Below, in pieces: positions 1 to 10,616 of a stretch of 64,000 bases of DNA. The stretch is from Syntrophales bacterium (GTDB lineage Bacteria > Desulfobacterota > Syntrophia > Syntrophales > PHBD01), in NCBI GenBank assembly GCA_963668175.1, contig OY764159.1, forward strand, positions 3,616,001 to 3,680,000, in the 5' to 3' direction. Below the pieces are notes generated by a model that saw only the letters and a program-made list of their open reading frames with translations, ran no database searches and was not told the origin of the DNA. Made by a program: the position numbers and the translations under genes. Position 1 is the stretch's first letter. The number at the start of each line of letters is the position of its first letter.

Positions 1-1
1 G

Positions 2-523
2 CAATCCGCCTCCGATTTCCTGATCCTCGCACCGACGGCAACTCCGGAAGACAGGCCTCTCTTTCCTCCTATGATGTTTTCGGAGTACTGGCTGAAAACG
101 ATAAGCCGGCTGATGATGCCCTGGATCTGGCCGCAGACGCCGGCAACCGCTTCCGCCGATCCTATCTTCTCCGTGCCCGGCAACATGCGCTTCTGGATGG
201 ATATCGTGGGATCGACCGCCACAAGCACCTGGATTTCTCTCATAAAGAAGGATATCGATTATCTGGTGTACGAAACGGGCAGAATAAAAGAAACCCTGAA
301 ACAATTGCAGAGCCAAAACCTGATTTCCCGTAACGGCGAAAGTGCCTTGAGCGAATTCGCTGCGCTGCAGCGCGATTCCGTCGCGCAGACGGCGGTCCTG
401 GCCGGAGAACTTAAGGCCTTGAAAACGGCCGTACATGACCTGAAATCTTCCTTAAAAAAGCAGAAGCCATTGGCCTATCAGTCGCTGAAAAATGAAAAAA
501 TCCGTCCCCGGACACATGCCTGA
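2..523 (+). CDS. Hypothetical protein with C-terminal coiled coil; probably 5'-truncated by the window edge
   Basis: ORF 71..523; the same frame is open back to position 2; heptad-like C-terminal half; no recognisable motif. Confidence 0.5.
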   Translation, partial: QSASDFLILAPTATPEDRPLFPPMMFSEYWLKTISRLMMPWIWPQTPATASADPIFSVPGNMRFWMDIVGSTATSTWISLIKKDIDYLVYETGRIKETLKQLQSQNLISRNGESALSEFAALQRDSVAQTAVLAGELKALKTAVHDLKSSLKKQKPLAYQSLKNEKIRPRTHA

Positions 524-936
524 CCCCCCAAAACCTTCCTTTCCCCACGTAGTGATTGATTAATATCGTATTTTATTGTAATAATATCATGAAAGACCAA
601 CGTAAACATTTGTGACGGTCTGCGTCAGAGATGATTGCAGTCGTAATCCATGCGTCATACGAACCCGATAAGAAGGCATATTCGCTCATCTTTCACCGAT
701 AACGGCCGAACAGGAACGAATTGTGATGCAGCACACAGAAAACCAAAACGAAATATGGCCTGATGACAATCGGGATAGACCAAGTACGTAATGAAACGAT
801 GCATTTTATTGCCGGCTTCCGAATTTGCGGGATATGCTATTCCGGGTCCGGCCTCAGCGAATCCCGAAAAGGCCGGACAACGGCCGGGTTCGCTGCGGGT
901 TCCATAAACGTAAAACGATAATGGGGGCATGCGGAT

Positions 937-3900
937 ATGAATGACGAACTGAAGACGAAAATACAGCTTATCGCTGAACTTAACGCCTTGAGGAAGCAGG
1001 TCGCCGATCTTGCGGAACAAGAGGCTGCACCTCTTGAAAGCAGGGGCGAGCCGACGCCGGAAGACGACACGTACCGCATTCTCCTCGAGAACATTCCGGC
1101 CATCGTTTTCCGCATGCACTTGAGAAAGAATATGAACATGTCTTTTTACAACGACATGCTTAAAACCATTACCGGATATACAGCCGAAGAAATCACCCGC
1201 GACAACGTCTGTTCGATATATCATCTGATACTTGCCGAGGACCGGGAAGGCGTTCTGGCGACGATCGAACAGGCCCTAATCAACAATCAGTCTTTTCAGG
1301 TCGAATACCGGCTGAGACACAAGGATGGATCGATCCGCCACTTTACCGAAAAAGGGACTCCCATTTTCGGCGACGACAGAAAGCCTCTTTTCATCGACGG
1401 CCTTATCGTCGACAATACGGAATATCAACTGACGGGAGCGGCCCTCAGGGAAACCCAGGAAAAATTCCGCAGCCTGGTGGAATCGATCTGCGACTGGATA
1501 TGGGAAATCGACTCCGAAGGAAATTATACCTACGTAAGCCCGAAGGTAACCAATGTCCTGGGATACGATGCCGCATCGCTTTTTGGGAAGACCATTTTTG
1601 ATGTCGTCATACCGGAGGATGCGGAAAAGATGCGGCGGCTGTTCCATGAGACTTTCGTTGCGAAGAAAACCTTCGCAGCGGTGGAAAAGAGATGTCTCCA
1701 CAAGGACGGCCGGCTGCGCATTCTGGAAATGAGCGGTGCTCCCTATGAGGATTCAGAAGGCCATGTTCTGGGGTATCGCGGCCTTGATCGCGACATTACG
1801 GAACAAAGAAACGCCGAGGCAAGACAGAAGTTTAACCGAGACATCCTGAACTGTGTCAACATGGCCGCCGGCCGGCAGGAATTGACGGGGCGGATGACGG
1901 CCCTGATGACAAGCGATGGGGGTTTCGATGCCGCCGCCATTCGTCTGCACGGCGGGAAGACGGCCATCGATTATGAGGCGAAGGGACTTGCTGACCCCTT
2001 CCTGACCCTGGAAAAACACAAAGACAACCTCGACGACACGCAACGCCTCATTAGGCAGGACAGCAGGCCTTCCCTGGAGTACCTTTACGGATGTATCCTT
2101 CGCGGCCAGCCCGACCCCGCCTTCAGCGGCATGAACGACGGCAGCGGTTTCTGGACCAACCGTCTTTCGGAAGAGCCCGATCTTTTTGATCCGCAGGACC
2201 GGCCCTCCCCGTTACGGGAGGCCTTTAAAAAAGAAGGCTACGAGTCACTGGCCTTGATCCCCATGACGGCGGACCGCGAGGTCTTGGGTCTCCTGCAGAT
2301 CATGGACCGGCGGCAGGACCTCTTCAATGCCGATACGATAGGTTTCCTGGAAGAAGTAGGCCGCGCGATGGGGCAATTTTTGAAGAAAGATCGGAAAGTC
2401 AAGGATATCCTGTCTGCCAAGAAACGCTGTGAAGGGCGCCTCGATATCGTCCGGGACTGGATATGGGAAACGAATCAGGACCTCGCCCTGACTTACGTAA
2501 GCAAACAGGTACAGCCCATGCTCGGTTACGGTTCAGCAGAGCTGTTCAATGAAAACCTCCTTGCCGTCATACCGGCTGCGGAGAATGAAGGCATCGAAAC
2601 GTTCATCAAAGAACAGGAATCTCCTGACCAACCTATCGCGAGGAAGGTCTCTTTCAAAAACAGGGAAGGCAACCTTGTCCCATTGGACATGCACGTTACG
2701 GCAATGCTGGACGAAGACGGCTCCCGGAAAGGCTTCCGGGGTATATGCCGGACACCGGCCGTCGAAATGCCGGCGGTCGAAAATATATTCCTTCCGATAG
2801 TCGAGGGCAATCCCGTCGGCATGTGTATCGACCAGGAGGGTATGGTTAAATACGTCAATGACCGGGGCGCCGAGACAATAGGATATGAAAAGGAAACCCT
2901 GATCGGCAAAAAGACGATAGATCTCCTCTACGAGGAGGACCGACCGGCCTTCTCGGATTACTACCGGCGCGTGATGAGCGGCTCAGAAGCCTCGCCGTGC
3001 GAGTTTCGCATCGCCAAGGCCGACGGCTCCGTGATCTGGCTGATGCTGGCGGCCAGGGCGACGCAATATGAGGACAATCCCGCTGTCCTGGGGGTCTTCA
3101 TGGAAACCACGCCGTTCAAGGAGAAAGAGATTGCGGAAAAGCAAACCTGCCAAAGAGAGGCCCTGGGCAAGATGTCGACCGGCCTTATCCGGGAGATCGA
3201 CAATATCCTTTCCTTCATCAGCGGCTATACGGAAATTGCACAGGCCGAAACGATGGCGGAGCCCTTGCGGCAAACCCTCGCGCAAGTCGCGCTGTCGTGC
3301 AGCCGCGGCAGAAATCTGCTCGATAAGATCGTAATGCTCACGGGACACGGCCGCTATGCAAAAGGTTCGGTGGACCTGAACGGTCTGGCAGGGAAGATCG
3401 CGGAAGACCTCGGCAAGACGCTGCCCACCGCCGTTGAAATACGGCCGTTCATAACCGATGAGCCCTGTTTTGTCCTGGCGGATCCGGAACAGGTCCGCGA
3501 AATCATCACGCAACTGTGCGACAATGCCGTCCATGCCCTGCGCGATAAAGGCGGCGTCCTGGAAATACGGACGGAGCGCAGCGACGAGACTCAACCCGGA
3601 ATTGCCCCCTTCGCCCGCCTGGCCGTTTCCGACAACGGCCCGGGTATCGACCCGGCGGATGCCGACCGCATCTTCGATCCCTTCTGGACCGGCAACCCCC
3701 CCGGGGAAAGCTCAGGGTTGGGGCTGGCGCTGGTTCAGGCACTGGTCGAAGACCTGGGCGGAGCACTTCATGTTGCGAACAAACCGGGTAAAGGGGTCAC
3801 GTTTACGGTCGACCTGCCTTTTATCGACCCGTCGCAAGCCGGGGATATCAAATCCGCCGAACTGATTCCGCGGGGCGACGAGCGCATTCTGTTCATCGAC

Positions 3901-4278
3901 GACAATACGGCGATGGCCAACCTTGGCGGCAGCCTCCTCAGGTCGCTGGGCTATCAGACGGTGACCATGACCGACACGGCAAACGCTTTGGAATCGATGA
4001 GCGCCGACGCCGGACGGTTCGATCTGGCCGTCATCGACATGACGATGCCCGATATTGCGGGCATGGACCTGGCAAGAAGAATCGCGGAAATAGCACCCGG
4101 TTTCCCATTGATCCTCTGCAAAGGCAAAACGGAGATCATTGCCGAGGCCGAAGCGAAACGCGCCGGTATCCGGGAGTTTATCATGAAGCCGCTCGCAAGA
4201 AAGAACGTGGCTGCAGCCGTCCGCAAGGTCCTCGACGAGAAAAAGGCAGACGGTACGGCAGAAAGCACGGGGCAATAG
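937..4278 (+). CDS. Multi-PAS/GAF hybrid histidine kinase-like protein with receiver; degenerate H-box (likely pseudokinase)
   Basis: PAS/PAC repeats (EYRLRHKDGS, WIWEID..GNYTYVSP), GAF-like segment, HATPase boxes (DNAVHA, DNGPGI, IFDPFWT, GLGLA), C-terminal REC (FIDD..DMTMP..KP); H-box reads GLIREIDN instead of GIAHDFNN. Confidence 0.85.
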   Translation: MNDELKTKIQLIAELNALRKQVADLAEQEAAPLESRGEPTPEDDTYRILLENIPAIVFRMHLRKNMNMSFYNDMLKTITGYTAEEITRDNVCSIYHLILAEDREGVLATIEQALINNQSFQVEYRLRHKDGSIRHFTEKGTPIFGDDRKPLFIDGLIVDNTEYQLTGAALRETQEKFRSLVESICDWIWEIDSEGNYTYVSPKVTNVLGYDAASLFGKTIFDVVIPEDAEKMRRLFHETFVAKKTFAAVEKRCLHKDGRLRILEMSGAPYEDSEGHVLGYRGLDRDITEQRNAEARQKFNRDILNCVNMAAGRQELTGRMTALMTSDGGFDAAAIRLHGGKTAIDYEAKGLADPFLTLEKHKDNLDDTQRLIRQDSRPSLEYLYGCILRGQPDPAFSGMNDGSGFWTNRLSEEPDLFDPQDRPSPLREAFKKEGYESLALIPMTADREVLGLLQIMDRRQDLFNADTIGFLEEVGRAMGQFLKKDRKVKDILSAKKRCEGRLDIVRDWIWETNQDLALTYVSKQVQPMLGYGSAELFNENLLAVIPAAENEGIETFIKEQESPDQPIARKVSFKNREGNLVPLDMHVTAMLDEDGSRKGFRGICRTPAVEMPAVENIFLPIVEGNPVGMCIDQEGMVKYVNDRGAETIGYEKETLIGKKTIDLLYEEDRPAFSDYYRRVMSGSEASPCEFRIAKADGSVIWLMLAARATQYEDNPAVLGVFMETTPFKEKEIAEKQTCQREALGKMSTGLIREIDNILSFISGYTEIAQAETMAEPLRQTLAQVALSCSRGRNLLDKIVMLTGHGRYAKGSVDLNGLAGKIAEDLGKTLPTAVEIRPFITDEPCFVLADPEQVREIITQLCDNAVHALRDKGGVLEIRTERSDETQPGIAPFARLAVSDNGPGIDPADADRIFDPFWTGNPPGESSGLGLALVQALVEDLGGALHVANKPGKGVTFTVDLPFIDPSQAGDIKSAELIPRGDERILFIDDNTAMANLGGSLLRSLGYQTVTMTDTANALESMSADAGRFDLAVIDMTMPDIAGMDLARRIAEIAPGFPLILCKGKTEIIAEAEAKRAGIREFIMKPLARKNVAAAVRKVLDEKKADGTAESTGQ

Positions 4279-4288
4279 TCCCTGCGGA

Positions 4289-6739
4289 TCAACCCGCCTT
4301 GGCGAGGTCCAGCCTCCCCTTCCACCGCTCCATCAGGACCGCTTTCAGCGCGGCGTGTTCGGGTCTCGAAAGTTGAGGGTCGTCTTCAACGACGGCGAAG
4401 GCGTCCGTTTTCGCTTCGTTGAGGATACGGACGTCCCGGACGATACTGGCCACGCGGAAGTCGGGCAGTCCCGACTGGCGGACCCCCAGGAATTCGCCGG
4501 GACCCCTGATCGCCAGGTCTTCCTCCGCTATTTTAAAACCGTCGGTTGTCGCCTCCATGACGCGCAGCCTCTGTTTGGCTTCCGGGGAGCCGGAATGCTG
4601 GGCAAGGAGAATACAGTATGAAGGAATGTCGCCCCGCCCTACCCTGCCCCGCAGCTGATGCAGCTGGGACAAGCCGAACCGTTCCGCATGCTCGATGACC
4701 ATGAGGGACGCCTGCGGGATGTCGATGCCCACCTCGATGACGGTCGTCGATACCAGGACGTGCAGTTTCCCCGACTGGAAATCCTCCATGACGCCGTTCT
4801 TTTCTTTGCTTTTCATCCGCCCGTGGATGAGACCGATGCGGTATTCGGGAAAGACGTCCTGCTGCAGGTGCTCGGCCATCCGTGAGGCGTCCTTGAGATC
4901 GAGGACTTCCGATTCTTCGACAAGGGGATAGACGATGAACGCCTGATGGCCTTTTTTCAGTTCCTTCCCGATGATTTCATAGACTTTATCACGGTGCTGT
5001 TCGTAATAGACTTTCGTGCGGATCGGTTTTTTGGATGGCGGCATCTCGTCGATGACGGAAACATCCAGGTCGCCGTAAACGGTCATGGCGAGGGTCCGGG
5101 GAATCGGGGTCGCCGTCATGACCAGAATGTCCGGCATGGCTCCCTTCTGACGCAGCATCACCCTCTGGATGACGCCGAAACGGTGCTGCTCGTCGATCAC
5201 GGCAAGACCCAGCTTCCGAAAGGAAACCTGATCCTGGATCAGGGCATGGGTGCCGACGACGATGTCCGCGCCGCCTTTCTCTATGCGTTCCAGGACGGCC
5301 TTTTTCGCGGCGGCGCTTCCCCCTCCGATTAAGACTTCCGTCCGGAGCCCGAGCCGGTCGGCCCAGCCGCCGATGTTGTCGTAATGCTGCTGGGCCAGTA
5401 TTTCCGTAGGCGCCATCAGGGCCGCCTGGTAGCCGTTTTCACAGGCGGTAACGATCGCCGCCATGGAGACGACGGTTTTGCCGGAGCCTACATCCCCTTG
5501 GAGGAGCCGGTTCATAGTCACCGGTTTGGCCATGTCGGCTTCGATCTCCGCAATGACCCGCAACTGGGCAGCCGTAAGCCGGTAGGGGAGAATCTCCATG
5601 AACTTATTCGATAGGGTGCCGTCCTTCCGGAAGGATATCCCGGGATCTATCAGGCGGCTCTTTTTCTTCAGGGCCATTCCCAGCTGGAGAAAGAAGAATT
5701 CGTCGTAGATGACACGCCGGTGCGCTTCGGACCGCCCTTCCAGATACAGTTCCATCCGGGCGTCTTGCGGAGGGAAATGGAGGTCCTGCAAAGCCTCCTT
5801 CATCCCGATCAGCCCGCGTCCCCGGCAGATCGCCTCCGGAATAGGACTGGAGACGGAATCGGCGTATTGAACGGCCACGTTCATCATGATCCGGCGGATG
5901 GTCTTCTGCTTCAGGCCTTCCGTCTCCGAATAGACGGGGACGATCCGCCGGAGATGGGCCGTGTCGGTATCGTCTGGGTCGAGAAGCTCGTAATCGGGAT
6001 GGACCATATTCTTGCCGGAAGCGTATCCTCTTATTTCTCCCGTTAGGACGACCCGCTGTCCCACGGGGAAACTCTTCTTGATATAGGAGGAACTCCCCTT
6101 GAACCAGGTCGCCGTCATCGTTGCCGTACCGTCGCCGATGACTGCTTCGAAGACCCGCCGGCGGGTATAATGCTTCATTTCGGAACGGAGCACCTCGCCG
6201 ACCACGGTTTCTTTCCTCCCCCACTGGGCGGCGGCGATGCTCACGATGGAGCGCCTGTCCTCATAATGGCGGGGCAGGAAATAGACGAGGTCCTCGATCG
6301 TATGGATGCCCTTTCTCGCAAGCATTTCGGCGATCTTTGGCCCTACTCCTTTGATGTACTGAATGGGGACATGGAGATTCTTCGGAGTAACCGCATCGGT
6401 CCGTCGGGGCGGCTCCGCCGGAGGGGGCACCGAATCACTGCGGGCACGATCATCCCGGAACCCGGCGGACAAATCGTTAATAATTGACAAGGCTTCCCGG
6501 ACCCTCGCTTTCTTCTCATCAAGGGCAAGGCGGTCGAATCCGGCGAAGGTCTTCTCCAAAACAAGCAAGACATCCGGCATCTGCATACCGTCAGCCTCAA
6601 GCTTTTCCTCCAGGCGATGCACAAGACCGGTCATGGCCGCTTCAAAATCCCTGACCAGGGTGAGATGACGGAAATCGTCCTTCGATACGAATTCCAGCGG
6701 TGCAGTAATTTTTTGCAGGAGTTCGGCGGTCTCGTTCAT
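4289..6739 (-). CDS. recG: ATP-dependent DNA helicase RecG
   Basis: IKGVGPK wedge region, RLLQGDVGSGKT, MAPTEILAQQH, DEQHRFGV, MTATPIPRTL, QLHQLRGRVGRG, RGPGEFLG.RQSG; start placed at ATG 6739. Confidence 0.97.
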   Translation of the reverse strand: MNETAELLQKITAPLEFVSKDDFRHLTLVRDFEAAMTGLVHRLEEKLEADGMQMPDVLLVLEKTFAGFDRLALDEKKARVREALSIINDLSAGFRDDRARSDSVPPPAEPPRRTDAVTPKNLHVPIQYIKGVGPKIAEMLARKGIHTIEDLVYFLPRHYEDRRSIVSIAAAQWGRKETVVGEVLRSEMKHYTRRRVFEAVIGDGTATMTATWFKGSSSYIKKSFPVGQRVVLTGEIRGYASGKNMVHPDYELLDPDDTDTAHLRRIVPVYSETEGLKQKTIRRIMMNVAVQYADSVSSPIPEAICRGRGLIGMKEALQDLHFPPQDARMELYLEGRSEAHRRVIYDEFFFLQLGMALKKKSRLIDPGISFRKDGTLSNKFMEILPYRLTAAQLRVIAEIEADMAKPVTMNRLLQGDVGSGKTVVSMAAIVTACENGYQAALMAPTEILAQQHYDNIGGWADRLGLRTEVLIGGGSAAAKKAVLERIEKGGADIVVGTHALIQDQVSFRKLGLAVIDEQHRFGVIQRVMLRQKGAMPDILVMTATPIPRTLAMTVYGDLDVSVIDEMPPSKKPIRTKVYYEQHRDKVYEIIGKELKKGHQAFIVYPLVEESEVLDLKDASRMAEHLQQDVFPEYRIGLIHGRMKSKEKNGVMEDFQSGKLHVLVSTTVIEVGIDIPQASLMVIEHAERFGLSQLHQLRGRVGRGDIPSYCILLAQHSGSPEAKQRLRVMEATTDGFKIAEEDLAIRGPGEFLGVRQSGLPDFRVASIVRDVRILNEAKTDAFAVVEDDPQLSRPEHAALKAVLMERWKGRLDLAKAG

Positions 6740-6932
6740 ATATAGACGGATAAGCAAATAATTTTATTTGGAAACACGGTTATTGTTAACAGATAATCTC
6801 CGCAATGGCAAGTGCGGATTGACTTTCGCGGCATTTTGGGTTAAAAATGCCCCTGCCCCGGCCGCCAATGCATATTACCTGTGATATCCAATATATCCAT
6901 TATTCACTCCGGGGCAGAGGAGAAAGAGCGAC

Positions 6933-7982
6933 ATGATCAAGAAGGAATCCTACAAATCCGCCGGTGTCGATATCGACAAGGCCAACGAGTTTGTCGAGCG
7001 GATCAAGCCGATCATCAAGACGACATCCCGCAAGGAAGTGAAGAGCAATATTGGAGGCTTCGGGGCGCTCTTTCATCTCGGCACCGAGAAATACAAGAAG
7101 CCCCTCCTGGTCTCGTCCACGGACGGCGTCGGCACCAAACTCCTCGTCGCACGGATGATGAACAAACACGATACGGTAGGCATAGATCTCGTGGCCATGT
7201 CCGTCAACGACGTCGTCGTCCAGGGGGCCGAACCGCTCTTCTTTCTCGATTATATCGCCACGGGCAAGCTCGACGTCGACACGAGCGTGGACATCGTCAA
7301 GGGAATCGCCGAGGGATGCCGCCAGGCGGGCTGCGCCCTGATCGGCGGCGAAACAGCCGAGATGCCGGGTCTCTACGGCATCAATGAATACGACCTAGCC
7401 GGCTTCTGTGTAGGCGCAGTCGAGGAGGAAAACCTCATCGACGGTTCCACCATACGCACCGGCGACGTCATGATCGGCCTCGCTTCCAGCGGCGTCCACA
7501 GCAACGGCTTCTCCCTGGCCAGAAAAGTCCTCCTCGGTCCGGGGAAGCTGAAAATCCAGTCGCGTGTGGACGACCTGGAGGGAACGATCGGCGAGGAACT
7601 TCTCCGGCCGACGAGAATCTACGTCAAACCGGTCTTGAATATCATCAAAAATTTCGAGATCAAGGGGATCGTGCATATCACCGGAGGCGGTTTTATCGAC
7701 AATATCCCCCGGATCGTCCCGAAATCCCGGCGGGCGGTCGTCAAGAAAGGCAGTTGGGATATCCCGCCCCTTTTCCGTGTAATCAAAAGCATGGGAAAGG
7801 TTGACGATATGGAGATGTTCCGCGTCTTCAACATGGGTATCGGCATGATCCTCGTGGCACCGGAAAAGGAAACCGAGGAAATCATCAGACAACTCGGCAG
7901 CCTCGGGGAAAAGGCATCGGTCATTGGCTGGATCGAAAAAGAGAAAGAGAAGACGGACGTATCGCAAATCTCCTTCGTCTGA
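6933..7982 (+). CDS. purM: Phosphoribosylformylglycinamidine cyclo-ligase (AIR synthetase)
   Basis: Y..AGVDID, GGFGALF, TDGVGTK, GGETAEMPG, SSGVHSNGFSL, HITGGG, FNMGIGM. Confidence 0.98.
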   Translation: MIKKESYKSAGVDIDKANEFVERIKPIIKTTSRKEVKSNIGGFGALFHLGTEKYKKPLLVSSTDGVGTKLLVARMMNKHDTVGIDLVAMSVNDVVVQGAEPLFFLDYIATGKLDVDTSVDIVKGIAEGCRQAGCALIGGETAEMPGLYGINEYDLAGFCVGAVEEENLIDGSTIRTGDVMIGLASSGVHSNGFSLARKVLLGPGKLKIQSRVDDLEGTIGEELLRPTRIYVKPVLNIIKNFEIKGIVHITGGGFIDNIPRIVPKSRRAVVKKGSWDIPPLFRVIKSMGKVDDMEMFRVFNMGIGMILVAPEKETEEIIRQLGSLGEKASVIGWIEKEKEKTDVSQISFV

Positions 7983-8044
7983 TTCGTCCTCGATTTGAAG
8001 CATCGGCTCCGAAGCCGCAAGCAAAGCGGACCGGCATATCATTC

Positions 8045-8707
8045 ATGAAGAAAAGACAACTGCCCATAGGCGTTCTGGTATCGGGAAGCGGTTCCAATCT
8101 GCAGTCGATCATCGACCGGATCGAGGAAGGCAAGCTGGATGCGGTCATCAAGGTCGTCATCAGCAATATCCCCGGCGTTTATGCCTTGGAACGCGCGAAA
8201 AAGCACGGCATCCCCGTCGAAGTGATTGAGCATAAATCCTATCCCGACCGGGAATCGTTCGACCGGGCCATGGTGGAGATCCTTCGGTCCCACGGCGTCG
8301 AACTGGTGGTTATGGCCGGATTCATGAGAGTCCTTACTCCTTACTTCCTTCGTTCCTTCCCCATGAAGATCATGAATATCCACCCGGCGCTCCTGCCCGC
8401 CTTCCCCGGAATCCATGTCCAGAAGAAGGCTGTGGAATACGGTGTGAAATTCTCGGGGTGCACGGTCCACTTTGCCGACGAAGGGGTCGATACGGGCCCC
8501 ATCATCATTCAGGCCGTCGTCCCCGTGTTGGACAACGACACAGAGGAAAGCCTGGCCGCCAGAATCCTGAAGGAAGAACACCGTATCTATCCCCGCGCCA
8601 TTGCGTTGTACGCCGCGGGCAGGCTCCGCATTTCGGGAAGAAAGGTTGCCGTTCTCAAAAGCAGGAGCGTCAAGGAAAAGGCCCTGCATAATCCCCCCCT
8701 CACATAA
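8045..8707 (+). CDS. purN: Phosphoribosylglycinamide formyltransferase
   Basis: SGSGSNLQ, AGFMRVL, NIHPALLPAFPG, GCTVHF.DEGVDTGPII.Q; directly follows purM. Confidence 0.97.
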   Translation: MKKRQLPIGVLVSGSGSNLQSIIDRIEEGKLDAVIKVVISNIPGVYALERAKKHGIPVEVIEHKSYPDRESFDRAMVEILRSHGVELVVMAGFMRVLTPYFLRSFPMKIMNIHPALLPAFPGIHVQKKAVEYGVKFSGCTVHFADEGVDTGPIIIQAVVPVLDNDTEESLAARILKEEHRIYPRAIALYAAGRLRISGRKVAVLKSRSVKEKALHNPPLT

Positions 8708-8729
8708 GCTGCCACGGAGGCAATCGCCC

Positions 8730-10058
8730 GTGATCCCGACTGATTACGATTTCACTGTCTGCAACCTGGGAGAAAGAAAAATCGCCTCGCGCCTGAACAT
8801 CGGCCATTACATTCCCGACGAACGGCGAATCCTCTTCAACATCGACCTCGAACATTACTTAAGCACGGCAACGCCTGCCGGACAACCCCTTTCCGTGGAA
8901 GTGGCGGGGCCGAGGGAAAGGATATTTTTCGACCCATCCCAGACCAAGGCGGCCATCATTACCTGCGGCGGTCTCTGCCCGGGCATCAACAACGTCATCC
9001 GCGCCGTGGTCATGGAGCTTTATCACCGCTACGGCGTGAAGAACATCATCGGCATCCGGTACGGATTCCAGGGACTGGTCCCCCGCTTCGGCCATGACAT
9101 GATCGAACTGACGCCGGAAGCGGTCAAAGACATCCACACGCTGGGGGGCAGTTTTCTCTCGTCGTCGCGAGGCAAGCAGGATATCGCCGAAATGGTCGAT
9201 GCCTTGAAGAGGAAGAACATAGACCTCCTCTTCTGCATAGGCGGCGACGGCACGATGCGGGCCGCCGAGGCCATCACCGGGGAGATCGCCCGGAGAAACC
9301 TTAATATCGGCATCATCGGCATCCCGAAAACGATCGACAACGACCTCAACCTCATCCAGAAAACGTTCGGCTACGACACGGCCATCGCCGAAGCCATGAA
9401 TGCGATCAAGAGCGCCCACGTCGAATCGCGGGGCGCTCCCATGGGAATCGGCCTTGTTAAGATCATGGGCAGGCAGTCGGGCCATATCGCCGTCGGCGCC
9501 GCCCTTGCCTTGAGCGAAGTGAACTTCGTGCTGATCCCCGAAGTGCCCTTCGATCTGGAAGGCGAAGGGGGGTTCCTCAAGGCCCTGCAGCAGAGACTCA
9601 TGGACAGGCAGCACGCCGTGATCCTGGTCGCCGAGGGGGCCGGACAGGAACTCTTCCAAAGCACACCCGATGCAATGGAAACGGACGCCTCCGGCAACAT
9701 CAGACTGAAGGACATCGGTATCCTTCTCAAGAAGAGGATCGAGGACAACTTCAAGAGTATCGGCATGGAGATCAATCTGAAATATATCGACCCCAGCTAC
9801 ATGATCCGCAGCGTCCCGGCCAATGCCAGCGACAGTATCTATTGCGGCGCGCTGGGCCAGTATGCCGTCCATGCCGGCATGGCCGGCAAAACAGGCATGC
9901 TCGTCGGATTGATGAAGGATGAATTCGTCCATCTTCCCCTTCACACGGTCACGTCGGGCCGTACCGTCGATCCCGGGGGCAATCTCTGGATGCGCGTCCT
10001 GGAATCGACTGGACAGCCTTCCATGATCAACTCCGACCGGACCGACGGACCCGCCTGA
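8730..10058 (+). CDS. pfkA: ATP-dependent 6-phosphofructokinase (long, group X-like)
   Basis: TCGGLCPG.N, IGGDGT (Gly form associated with ATP use), PKTIDND, MGR.SG.IA, KYIDPSYMIRS; GTG start at 8730 with GGAGG at 8716-8720. Confidence 0.93.
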   Translation: MIPTDYDFTVCNLGERKIASRLNIGHYIPDERRILFNIDLEHYLSTATPAGQPLSVEVAGPRERIFFDPSQTKAAIITCGGLCPGINNVIRAVVMELYHRYGVKNIIGIRYGFQGLVPRFGHDMIELTPEAVKDIHTLGGSFLSSSRGKQDIAEMVDALKRKNIDLLFCIGGDGTMRAAEAITGEIARRNLNIGIIGIPKTIDNDLNLIQKTFGYDTAIAEAMNAIKSAHVESRGAPMGIGLVKIMGRQSGHIAVGAALALSEVNFVLIPEVPFDLEGEGGFLKALQQRLMDRQHAVILVAEGAGQELFQSTPDAMETDASGNIRLKDIGILLKKRIEDNFKSIGMEINLKYIDPSYMIRSVPANASDSIYCGALGQYAVHAGMAGKTGMLVGLMKDEFVHLPLHTVTSGRTVDPGGNLWMRVLESTGQPSMINSDRTDGPA

Positions 10059-10080
10059 GGAACGCGACAGGATAACCGTC

Positions 10081-10518
10081 ATGAAAAGAACAATCCTCCT
10101 GATCCTGGCATGCCTTTGGGGCTGTTCAGCCATGTCCGATCATTCCGCGCAGGTGAAACAGCCTGCCGACGCCGTGCCGTTTCCGCAGGAACTGCAAATG
10201 GTACCGGTGACGCCCGTGAAAGTTCTCCGCATCCCTCTCGGCCAGACCTTCAAGATCACCCTGCCCTCCAATCCTACGACCGGTTACAGCTGGCAGTTGG
10301 CAACAGAACCGGACTCCGCGATAGTGACGACGGAAGGCCGCGAGTATCGACCCGAAACGCCGGTGCGCAGCGGTTCGGGCGGTCATGAGGTCTGGACATT
10401 CAAGGCTTGCGGAAAAGGAAGGACCGCCGTCACTCTGCAATATGTGCGCCCCTGGGAAAAGGGCCAATCTCCGGCCAACACGAACCGCTTCGAGTTCATC
10501 GTCCTCGGAAGCGAATAA
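10081..10518 (+). CDS. Chagasin-family (I42) cysteine protease inhibitor lipoprotein
   Basis: Lipobox-like LWGC; NPTTGY.W, GSGG and Y.RPW loops typical of I42 inhibitors. Confidence 0.88.
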   Translation: MKRTILLILACLWGCSAMSDHSAQVKQPADAVPFPQELQMVPVTPVKVLRIPLGQTFKITLPSNPTTGYSWQLATEPDSAIVTTEGREYRPETPVRSGSGGHEVWTFKACGKGRTAVTLQYVRPWEKGQSPANTNRFEFIVLGSE

Positions 10519-10538
10519 CGCGCGAGTAAAAGTGCGCC

Positions 10539-10567
10539 TTGACAAGGGTCCGATTTTGCATAATAAT
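10539..10567 (+). promoter_or_regulatory. Putative sigma70 promoter
   Basis: TTGACA (10539-10544), 17 nt spacer, AATAAT (10562-10567), upstream of the ORF at 10617. Confidence 0.5.
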
Positions 10568-10616
10568 ATGGGAATATCAAGCAATTGTGTAGAGATTTCC
10601 AATCGAGGAGAGGTTC

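Noticed and set aside
8859..10133. 424-aa minus-strand ORF
   Set aside because: Antisense to pfkA
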